64,000 bases of DNA from Phoronis australis (Eukaryota > Animalia > Phoronida). A program made the position numbers and the translations under genes. Position 1 is the stretch's first letter, and each line of letters starts with the position of its first letter. The DNA is taken from NCBI GenBank assembly GCA_002633005.1, contig NMRA01000209.1, positions 190,950 to 254,949 of the forward strand, read 5' to 3'. Below the pieces are notes generated by a model. The model had not been told where the DNA came from. It saw nothing but the letters and a program-made list of their open reading frames with translations, and searched no databases. This document shows, one piece after another, positions 13,460 through 25,000 of the stretch.

Positions 13460-13957
13460 ATGTCTTCTGACTCCGAACTAGACTCTCCTCGCACGGATTA
13501 CTCTACGCCACGGAGCACTCCTGATCTCTGCGGCAATGCGACCGACTGTTACGAAGAATTAAGCAATTTGCACTCACTGGCTTGTATAAATGTAAAGGAC
13601 ATCTGTCGCCCTCTATCGCCCATATCAGATCTTCCAGTGAACACAGCAGCTGTCGCACCACCCGAAAGGCGGCGCCCTCGATCTGTGAGAAAAACTCGAT
13701 CGCCCAATCAGAAGTCGGTACTATACACGCCAGTCATGGTCATGGCTCCATATCCACTGGTCGACCAACACGATAATCTGGCCAATAACAATACTAGCTT
13801 GAAAAAGAGGAAAAATGTTAAAACTGGAGGTCAGGACAAATATGCAAAACTCTACCAAGAAGTTTTACACCACCATGATATCTTTGCAATCGCCGATGTG
13901 AACGCAGCTGGATGCAGTGAGGAACCTTTGGACTTAAGAATCAAAGTTAAAAGATAA
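13460..13957 (+). CDS. Orphan 165-aa predicted nuclear protein with C-terminal PLDLR (PxDLS-like CtBP-binding) motif; single coding exon after a splice acceptor at 13454
   Basis: Polypyrimidine tract plus AG (ttttttctcgttacag) ends at 13454, followed by aaaaaATG (A at -3). Stop-free 165-codon ORF with S/T-P rich N-terminus, basic clusters RRRPRSVRK and KKRK, and EEPLDLRIKVKR end. A U-rich UTR-like region follows with AATAAA at 13975. No family recognised; upstream coding exons cannot be excluded. Confidence 0.65.
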   Translation: MSSDSELDSPRTDYSTPRSTPDLCGNATDCYEELSNLHSLACINVKDICRPLSPISDLPVNTAAVAPPERRRPRSVRKTRSPNQKSVLYTPVMVMAPYPLVDQHDNLANNNTSLKKRKNVKTGGQDKYAKLYQEVLHHHDIFAIADVNAAGCSEEPLDLRIKVKR

Positions 13958-16900
13958 CCACTGACTGGGCGAGAAATAAAAAACAGTCGCATAATAGCCC
14001 TCCTTGAACTTTAGTTGTCATCACTGACAGAAAAGCTCAAGTTGGTGTTGTTTCGTTGAGAGTTTGGTCAAATGTGTGATAAAAACGCATCGTTTAGGTA
14101 ACTGGTGGTTGTTGAAGAAAGGAACTGAGAGGACAAGCACATCGTATCGTTTCATGGGGATAACTTTTTTGCCTAAGGTTTTTTGCTCAGATCTCCTTCC
14201 TGTTCTGATAGTTTTCTTATTTAGTGTCCCAGTCAGTCAGCTGCCTGTCACGGAGGGTATAACGGAGGGTATAACGCAGGAATAAGAGACGCGCAGAAAT
14301 ATTGAATGTAAGGAAATTTACTTCTATTCCAGGATTGATATGGTTTTCATGCTTGAGTAATTGATAATGCAAACTCCAAAAAAATTGGTGCTATTGTACG
14401 AAAGTTTTGAAATTTTGAATGTATACCGTGTGCATAAGATGATGCGCTGCTGCCCGTTAGAGGTCGTTAGTTTATTATTTTACGCCTGCTACTAAGTTGA
14501 TTTTTGCAAGGTTTGACAATAGATCGAAATGAATGAATTGGTGCAGAGTTCAACGTTTCGGGTACAACCATTATAGCGGCCCCTGCCCATCAAAGAAATG
14601 AAGTTTTGAGAAGACCCCTTACTGCTATAAATTGGTCTCGGCTTGTTCCTTATTTAGATGAGAAGTGATTTATTGGCTTATAAAACTGACAGTTCGTTGT
14701 TCCTTGGGACAATACTCGGCGCATAAAATGATCCGCCGTGACTAAGCAGCTTCTGGAGGCTAATCTCGAGAAATAACGAACTGCCAGTTGATTCCGAGCT
14801 CGGATGGCATCCCCAATTTAATTGGTAAATGGTCTAAATCAAAAGTTGTTTTGTGACGGTAAATGGGTCAGTTTGTATATTAGTAAAACGATGCCCTGCT
14901 GATATCGGTACACCTTCTACAGTTCATTGAGCTTGGTTGCCACATTTTTATACCGGGCAACTGCTGAATTTCAAACCGATGAAAGTATTACTGACTCGGA
15001 CGTTTAATTACCATGGCCACATCCGCCGCAGTGTGTCCCGCTTGAGTGGTTTAGCTGTAGATCTTTTAGCCTACTCTTTGAAAACCTGGAGCGAATTCAT
15101 AGTGGGACAGAGGGCCTCGACACCCCTGTTGGAACCGGTTTGAATTGGTGCATTGATGAAAATATATGTTTTCCGTTATCACACCTCTTCTGATCGTGGA
15201 CCCGCGCATTAATGTTTGTTTCGATAGTTTGTACACGACATAAAGAATTGTAGATTTATTTCTGACTGTTTTGTATAATTGAACTATTTTAATTTTGTGA
15301 AGCTGAATTCACTAAAATGACACTACATTCCTGGCGAGATGGTTTGTTTGGAGTTGTCTTAGACATTTTCACTGTTCTTCATTCCGATAATTACACTGGT
15401 ACTTGTAAATTTATTATTACTTTTGAAAGTAAAGCATAGGATTGCTGTCTTTATACAGGAACTTTAAGTAGTAAATAAATTGTAGGATATGTTATCTGAG
15501 ATTAAGGCGATTTATTTGTTCTATTTTTAATGCAACAGTGCAAACTGTGGTCCACTTGAGACCACAGTGATATCTAAATCAGTATTATCTGAACATTTAA
15601 CTTGTATTAATAAAGTTCACCAAAGCGTTCGACTGTTTTTCCTTTTTTATGTGCCCCCAGAAGTTGTGGGCGCACGTAGATGTACTAGGCATCCCGTCCG
15701 CATTCATTGTACCCAGCCGCATACAATGTATTTTCTAGCCGTGCCATTATGGCCTCCACAGCTCAGTTCAGTACACCTTGTAAGGAATGTTGGTAACTAC
15801 AGAAATTACGGATTTTTTGGATCAAGATTTTTAGTTGTTCAATGATCTCGCTGGTCCATGAAACTTACAGGGCGACAAAAACAATAAATAACACTCCAAA
15901 CGTTTTTCCATTTGACTTGTTGTATTCTTTTTGCAAATTATAACTTTCCAAGTCATTAACGGATTTCCCTCAGTGTACATGCACACTGTATGGTGGTCGA
16001 AAACTAAATTGTTGGTAGTCACGTCTGATCAACGCAGCGAGTTTCGTACGAACAATGCTGTCCTAATAACCATTTTCAAAAGAAATGCTATATTTGGAAT
16101 CCTTTATAAAAAGTACCGATGTTTTCATCTTTATGAAATCATCACACATCCTCTGTATGTTTCGCTGCGTTTATGTTATCAAGTTCGACAGCTTCTGTCC
16201 CAGGCCTGCTTGCCTTTGCCGATTGCGACGAAGTCACGACACCTGCCGCAACACGGTTCTCCCTGCTTCTTACGTCCCTGGTAACTGGATAGGGAGGGCA
16301 CTGTGTTGACGTAACCAATTTGTAGCCTAGTGTTGTGAAGGCCCACTTTCATTGCCATGTTACTCTACGTCAGGCCAATCATAAACAACAAAAATGGGAA
16401 CAATCAAGTCTCTTTTTAGGAACTAGTCTATCGTCCTGGCCGATAACAGCTGGAGCCCCACCTATTGGTTGAGCCACCGTCACCTTACGATAAACTTTGC
16501 CAATAGGTGTCCCTGCATGTGTTCTGTATTGTTGTAGCTTGGTATGCCAAACTTTGCAGTTGTTAGGTAACTCTGACAACAATTGATCACTGCATACACG
16601 GGCTTTTGGGCCCATACACGCGCCAAATGTGATAGATGTGAACTTTATGTGATGGGTACAAGAATGTTTGCTTATATCCGCATTTAGCGGGCACACAGGT
16701 GTAACTAGCCTACGCGAATCAATGGGAGTAAACCGTCACTGGCCAAGTGCATGAGTGACGGTTGACTGATAATATGTTCACGTCTTCCGAAGCCTACCAA
16801 CACATATCAAAACATTCACAAGCAAATGCGCTTTAACCAGATACTCCTAGTGTGCCCGACTGTGGCCCGGGATGGCCCAAAGTAAGAATCGGATTGTCTA

Positions 16901-18880
16901 AAAATCGTCCAAAAGACTTTTTAAGCGCATGCGTCTGCATTTGAAACAGACAGTCAAGCGCAAACTATTTTTGAAAAAATATCCTTTCCGATACAGGACC
17001 TTAACATGCGCATAAACGCTGAGAGGCGTATTTCATAATTAGATTTTAAACAAAACGTCGGGTTCCACGCATTGTACTTCTCATGCAAGATTACAATCAT
17101 TCTATTAAACACGGCAAACAGACGCATTAAGTTTGAGAGTTTGATTTAAAGGCGTCAGAAGCCTAGTCTTAATTAATTTTTTTTCAACTAAGATTTGCCA
17201 AAGACAATACTTAGCCAGTGGCAAGGCTGCAATGTTCATGGAGACTAGAACCTTATGATCGGTACCTTAACATTGATAGCAACGAAACACCGACTTCAAT
17301 TTTGCGATGACCAGTAATCTATCAAATGGTTATGTCTCCTCCACATACACACTGCGACCACATTTGCCCGAGCTGTACAGGTATGCACTGAAACTATTAA
17401 ATTAATAAACTTTTGTCTAACCTGGGTCAAATTCAGAGCCAACGACAAATCCCAGACAGATTCTTTTCACGCATTTGACACTGAGAAAAACCTCCGCAGA
17501 CATACGCGCCCTCTATATGTAGGACCAACAGTTTGCAGATGTGGGTCGATAACTCCAGTTCAAGAATGACTTTTAAGTTAAAATATAACAAAGCACCTTA
17601 CAATCTACAACTCATAAAATACCGGATCGCTCTTAGCCACAGAGTGTTGGGGCATAGTTGTACTCTAGAAGTCACCCGGAACGTATCAAGTATTTTTGTA
17701 GCCTCAAATTGGATGCTAAAAAATACCTGAGGTGTTTCGGGTGACTAAGGCTTTTTAATTGAAGCGGTCAGATGTGGTAGTTTTAGATGTGGCATGTTTG
17801 GAAGAGAAAACAACAATCGATATCGACACAAGTGGTGCGCTCAGTTTCCTCATCTCAAAATGAACCCGTGGCGCAGCAATGCGCTTGCGTACTGTGCTCG
17901 TGTCGACCGCTAGCGGCACTGATGCACGTGAATAAGTGATTGTATTCTACCAGTTATTAGCCAGACAGTTGGGTGATACGGTGGCTGACTAAGCAAGCCA
18001 CAACGTTCAAATCCTTGATGGCACGCGTTTGTGCAGCTTTTGAAAAAAATGTTTCGAGACCTTGGCTAAAATTAATGTCTTTAAGCAGTGAGGCTCAAGT
18101 TTCGAAATGAGTCATTGGAGCCTGACTGAGCGCGCGGGCAGAACTAATGAAATATCCCAAGACCTAAAAGATTACACATTGACTCTAACTAACGCAGTTA
18201 TGCTTCATTGTTCATCATTTATACTCATATTTCCATCATAAATTCTCGTGTTATGCAAGTATGACGGCGTTTTCTGTGACGGAATTGTTGCCTCACTGCT
18301 AAGATCGTCGGTTATCAAACTTCTAACCGAACACCACGCCACTCATGTTGATACCCGCAAGGTGTCACTCCGCAGGCCAACACACTAGTCCCGCACTCAC
18401 AAATGTCCCGCGGTTAGCTTGATGTAACTAGGGACGACCGGCCATCAATAGCTATGTAAACACGTGGCCCGGGACTTGAAAGGTTTTATTCTATTCAGTT
18501 GTATAGCACTTTATCGGAATCTGCTTTCGGCTATTGTTGTCATACATACAGACTTGAATATCAATACACACACAGATTTCATCTCTGCTTGTCCACGTAC
18601 AGGCTTTTAGTACGGGATTAAAGGATAAACGGTCAAGATTAAAGTTTCCTGCTCTGGATTTGTCGTTAGTAACCGACAGACGACACCAAAGATTAAGTAG
18701 ATCAGACGGCCATTAATTGAATTTTAAGGACCATTTGTTATTCCGCTGCTACTAAACGAACAAGCTCTCTCAATGGATCACCTTGTGCTGATTTGCTATG
18801 AGCGTCACCGTAATCAAGTATACAGGTACGATTAACGGTTACCAATTGCTGTGAATACCTTGACTGGGCTAGCCGACAAG

Positions 18881-19058
18881 ATGGTTCCTGAGGAAACCAC
18901 CGACAGTGTTAAGCCCGACGTATCCTCTTCGCAAGAATCCCAAGGGTCGAGTTCCGATCGACATGTGATGGATGTTCTGTCCGGAAGACTAGACCCAAGG
19001 AGTTTGGATAAAATGCCATCCAAGGTGATCCGTATGTTCGTCGCCTGTACCTCGACGG
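18881..19058 (+). CDS. NWD2: NWD-like exon 1
   Basis: MVPEETT...KVIRMFVACTST; donor g|gtaagc (phase 1). The start codon is the first in-frame ATG and is less certain. Confidence 0.75.
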
Positions 19059-22000
19059 GTAAGCAACATAAAACACCAGGATAATAGACCTGACGCATTT
19101 TGGCAGCCGGAACTGTTGATCTCTGTCCCGGTAATAGACATACTGACAAACATGCCCTCGTATGAAAGTCTATTTGTCATCCCATTCTCAGCCAGTGGGC
19201 CATATTAGTTTCGAATTTTACTGCCTACTTCTGTAAGTTGTGTTCATGTATGCACAGTATGAAATCGGTGTGGTGACTCTAATACTTTCATACGAGAGAT
19301 CGACTTTTTGGTGAGCGACAAAGTAGTGATAGTACTATAGTTTCCCGTAACCAACCCATCGTGTTGAGGTTACCTGGTGTTTTTGGGTTACCAACACTGA
19401 AAGGGTTCATTCCCGTGGTTGATTTTTAGATTCGACTTGTAGTTAGATAGGCCCACACTGACAGGTGTGCGATCTCCAACTTAGTCCAAAGTGAATATAT
19501 TTTAAATTCAACAAGCTCGACACCGTAAGATATTACATTTAAATTATCAAGTTTCTGTCGATCAACAATGCTGTTTTGGCAACATTTTCACCTGCTTAAA
19601 GCTGGGAATCAGTCTAGTTCCTAGCATTCAGAAATGGCATGCACTTTGTGTTGTTGGCTCTGTTCTCGTTTATCAACCGCACAACAGTCGGTCACTTATC
19701 TTTCATCACTGTTGACCTGATCGGCACCCTGTCTTTATCAAACCTGTATTGGCCCTAGAAACATCATCTCTTTCGTTATCTCCGTAGTCTTATCTCCGAA
19801 TGGTTTTGGCACAAATCATCTTCAACTAAATAAACAACTTTAATCGTACATGGGAATACCTACACAAAAACATCCGCAGCAGTCTTGGGAACTTTAACGA
19901 AAAATTCATTACATTTTCAAGAATTATTTGTTTGCTTATATTTGGAAGAAATTATTATGGAACAGCCACACAAACATTCGAACAGCGCCTATACAGCACA
20001 ACGCTTGTTGATCAAAAATCACTTTCTGGCTCGAGGATTACTGATGTATAACTTGCGCGATATCACGGTTCTATAAGCGTCATTACCCAGGAGTACCGTA
20101 TAATAGCGAGGATTAGAACAGGTTTATTGCTCAAGGGAATGACACGGTATTGCTACGGAAACGGTTGGTAAGGCAGTGCCAAGCGACTACTCAATTTTTT
20201 ATCTAACCTTCAAGTCGGTGAATTTGTTGCTTGTCACCAGAAAACAGAAGCGTATAGCCAGCTAAAGCCACCCAGGCTGCCAAATTCCATACGACAAAAT
20301 TCAAACTGAGCGTCGTGTTTTTGTCCGTAACTTCCAGGCAATCCTAGAAACAACTGTTGTAGACATTATTTGTATTTGCTCAAGATGTCAGCATATTTTT
20401 TCAAAAAGGACACATTACCATTATTCAATACTTTATTCTCCACTCTTTCAAAAACAGGGCGCCGGTGCGGCCATGGAATCGTTCCCACTTCCTGAACAAA
20501 GTGAGGGTCATAAACATTTCAGACATTTCTAAGAAGAGTCAAGATTTTTAAACATGGGTCAAGGGTTTTCAAACACGGCGCAGTTCCATGTTTGAATACT
20601 TTAAGACGAATATTGAAGGAAGCAGACAAGCGTTTCGCACTTTTAAAAGAATAAATGGAGCCTGGAAATGTCAGCGTAGCAGCGCATGCGCGCACCCGGG
20701 GGGGGGTTCGAACGAACCCTCCCCATTTGGCGAAGTGGGTAAAAAGGTCCGCCTCAGAGAAACAAAAAGTCCGAGAAATCGAGACAACAATCCACTAAAA
20801 AGGCGCAGACGCACAGTTCACAGACCTGAAAGTGGTACCCCGTTTTTTAAATTTTTTTAGTCCTCCCGCTTTTTTGTTAGCAAAAGGTCCACTTTCTCAA
20901 ATATTCAAGCCTCCCACATTAAAGGCTTTGTGCGCGCACGCAGCATACGTGTCTTCTTCCACAGAGAGCAAATTTGTGTACACATTATTAGATTACCAGT
21001 CTCCCTCCGATAAGACTAATATTGCATGGTAATGTCTCCCGTGGATTAAGCCCTATAGGTAATTTTTGCATTCTGAAACATCGGCGAAGCCCCTGGCCTT
21101 TGGCATGCATTATACATGTAAGTACTATATGCACAGTCGACCATCGACCCGTTGTGTCATGTAATGTTTCTTTCCTCTGTCGGAATCGCTTAACATTTAC
21201 TCGTGGTCAAGTGACAATTTACTTTGCAAACATAAATTGTTCGTAAACCTGCTTAACATGCGCGGTGAATGGGATTTAAATTTAGGTGATATTTTCTTTC
21301 GTGTTTTTAACATAATCCGCTGTGCTGGCTGATATATGTAGTGGTTGCACGCGATGCTTGCCAACACCGGGGACTGCGAGTCGTGCAATGGGAGAGTTTG
21401 AAGTGAATAATTCAAAATTATGCAATACACACATTTTGTAGATTGTATCATTGACGAGGTTCAGGGTCATCTATAAACAATGCTCAATAGAAAAAACTTC
21501 CTCAGAAAGCAAAATTTGGGCAAAACGATATCAGGGTGTGTTTTCTTTTGCCATCTCGAAAACAAAGTTTCACGTTAACCCGAGATTAGCCGTGATCTAA
21601 TTTCTTAATACATGTGACTTGTGTAACCCGACCTCTAACGTTCTGTATGTATTCTACATTCACATATCTTTCGTAGTACAGTACCTACACCTAGTCTTAT
21701 TAAAGAATTCAACCGAACGAGCAGAACCGTAAAGATTTTCAATTAACTGCCATGGAGAGTTTGATTTAATATTGAATAAACAAAAAGAAACTTTACAAAG
21801 AGAACCATTATTATGTCTGGTGTCCGATCGAGTTCGGCGGCTTAGAATCTATTATGTTGCCCTGAGTCAGTGTTTGTTTAAATATTGATCCGCTCACTCG
21901 TTAGAAAGCAAACTGTTTATTTTGTTAAGACTAGGATAAATACTTATAATAATGTATTTATTACTAAGGTGTCACTTGACGAGATACGCTATCCCTCTTG

Positions 22001-25000
22001 TTGAAACGTTTTGTAGCTGTGGCTTAGATTTGACGGCTTGGAATACCTTTCTCTCACGAATGCTTTGCAACAAACGAAAATCCAGGAAAAGCTATCAGCA
22101 GTTTAGTATTGTAGATCTCAGTCAACGATACTATTTTCTTTGTCTCAGTGAGGGCATTTATTTTACATCGAATTTACATTCCCTGCCGATTAACCTATTA
22201 TTATTGTATCAAACTACTTCTTCGGTTTCAGTGTTCTAATGTATCAAATCAAAGACATATGCCTCTTTGATTACTCTTGGCACGCAATGGGCAGTCACGA
22301 CCCGAAATGATCCGGCCGTGTCAGTTGCTGTTTACACGGCACTCAGAAACATCGAGAATACATTTACAAACGTTGACATATGTAGCTGTTGTGCTTCACT
22401 GATGGCTGCCAGCAGCGGTGGGTTATGAGTAGGATCCAAACACAGTTTTCGAAGGAAAATAAAAACTTTAAAACGGCATGCAGCGGCGATCGAATGAATA
22501 TACATGTACACGGTGCAGACAGTAGACTGCACAGCGCACTTATTTTTTACATCGTTTCAACGACACGATCGAATGATCGTTGATGCAGTCTTCATGGTTT
22601 GATGCTGTCACAACTTAATGATGTTGCTGATTTAAAATTATTGAAAATAAATAACTGTTCTCGTCTTGTTTTGTTGTCAGACATGACTCAAGAAAGGAAC
22701 GTGTTAATAGAAAAAGTATACCCGAGGCTGAGAGAGTATACACGCGCCGAGCACAGCTTGGAGTTTCAGGTAAGGCAACTGTTGGCATATTAACACGATG
22801 TTATCTTAGCAAATGAAGCGCAAACAAACTTTGATTTCGATCGACGAAAAAATCGACGACGTGGGTTATTTTGAACAATTTTCGTTTCTCGCCACCAACG
22901 ATTGGCGACGAGGTTTGAACTGATCTGGACTGCGTTCCGTTGACGCAAGACTTTCGCGAGTGAAACTAAGTCTGAACAAATGCCTCTCGTGATACATTGT
23001 AATATTTCAAGAGGGCGTGCATTACCTCGCTTTTTTCGGTAGAAACGTGTGCAGCAGTTCTGGCTTAGTACACCAGTTGCACCAGAACATCGCGTTTTCA
23101 ATACGCCAACTTTTGATTTCTCACTGACATCCCGTACAAGTGTTGACAGGTAGCATATCATGCATAAACATTTACAAACACCACGTAAGAGGCTGTCGCA
23201 AAACGTGTCACTTGTAAAATCCAAGTATAATGCTTTGGTTTGACGCCTGCATTTGAACCAAAAGTTCTCATTGGCAGTCTGTGACCATGACACGGAAATT
23301 GTCTTTTGCTGCCTCGCGCCTAGAATGCGTAAAAAGGCTTTTGCGTCGCTACATGTGCTTTACAATGTTGGCCCTTGTGGAAAGCAATGCTCTTTACTGA
23401 TGGCGAAACCCTTGTTTAGATTACATTTAAAAGGTTTTGGTACATTGCGACGATTGTCAGGTGCTTGCTCAAATAATACAGACGCCAATAATTCAACAAT
23501 CCGTGAGAACGAATTTATTGAGCAAAATGCACTGTTAATATCTAGATTGATATACATGTATATATCGATTATGAATAGCCAATTTGCACCAGTTAGTCTT
23601 TTGCGTAGTTCGCTGAACTGAAAGCATTCAACAGTCTTCGACTAGCCAGAGGCAGACTTATGTACACAAATTGAGTTAAATTAAATGGAATTAAATACTG
23701 AAATCAATAAAACACAAGTACCTCCTACGACAGAGTGGATGGACAAACAAACTCCTAACGTGCATCTACACGTGTGCAGTAAGGGACACAAATATTCCAC
23801 ACTAGTTTCAGGGTATGGCATTTCTATGTCAATCAAAATGTGCGAGAATTCTTCATGCACCTTAAATAGACAAGTTTAATATTTATTTTCCAAAGGAGTG
23901 TGTGGGCATACCAAAATATTACGCAGAATGCCCCTTAAACGCACGCCTGGCATGATTTACTTGCAGATTATTGTTACAAAAGAAGCGGTTACTACTTCAC
24001 GTGTACCGCCATTATTGTTAATAAATTTAATAGTTGTTTGAGATTGAATAGAAATAACATAGGTTATGCCATGTTTGTTTATGCTAAAATATTTGTTCAT
24101 AATAGATGGGAGTATAGGGTTCCAACTTATGAATGAAGAAACGACCGTATAAAACTTGCGAACAGGCAAGGAGGACATTAAATTACGCCGGCAATTGGTT
24201 AAGCTGATATACATTGTATATTCACAGAAATAAGATGAGAGGTCCTGGAACGTCTTGTAAACAAATGTTTAGGATACAGAATTGTAAACATTGTCCAAGT
24301 AGTGAATATTTACAGATGCTTAAATCGTTATCCTAATGTGTGCTTATTTTAATACCAATTTCAGTGGCAGTTTGACAACCTCTATTCTTTGCTGAGGATG
24401 TCTTTGCCTGTGACCTGCCTTCCGGGTTATTTGTAATGTTTTTATTGCTTTGTTACATGAAACAGATAATTTTTCAATTGTCTATGAGGCTGTTTCACTT
24501 GCCTGTCATCTGATTTTCGGCAATTACGTAGTTTTACTTCTAAACGCCACAATTTTCAAATTTCGCGCTCGTTGTTCACTCTTAGACACTGTAAACAAGT
24601 GTTTGCCGTTTGTTCGCTGACAAAGTCATTATTCATCAATCCAATCTCTTCAGGCTGTAGATATTCGATGGGGTATTGAAGACACGAGTTGGGACGACCA
24701 CTCGGAGCTGGAGTTTCTTCTCAATCAACTTGGACAAAGTCAGAAGTTGTCAGCTGGTCCAAATTTTCTCGTAAGTACAATTTTAAAGACCACTGAAGTT
24801 TGTCAGTATTGTTCTACAAAAATGTGAAAGCAGTCTAGGATGATTACGACTTGGAAAAAACGGGGATGTATACATTTCCAAATGAAACAATAGATACGTA
24901 AACATGGCAAATGGTACATGTAGCTTGTGATATTACAGTTAGTTTTTGACATACCTTATGAACAGCAAATGGTGAAAATTTTTAATTCTCTTTCCTATCG

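Noticed and set aside
13770-14080. NLAN motif and a K-box (TGTGAT, 14075) suggesting a Bearded-family gene
   Set aside because: Lacks the NxANE(K/R)L motif and the N-terminal basic amphipathic helix; a single 6-mer is expected by chance.
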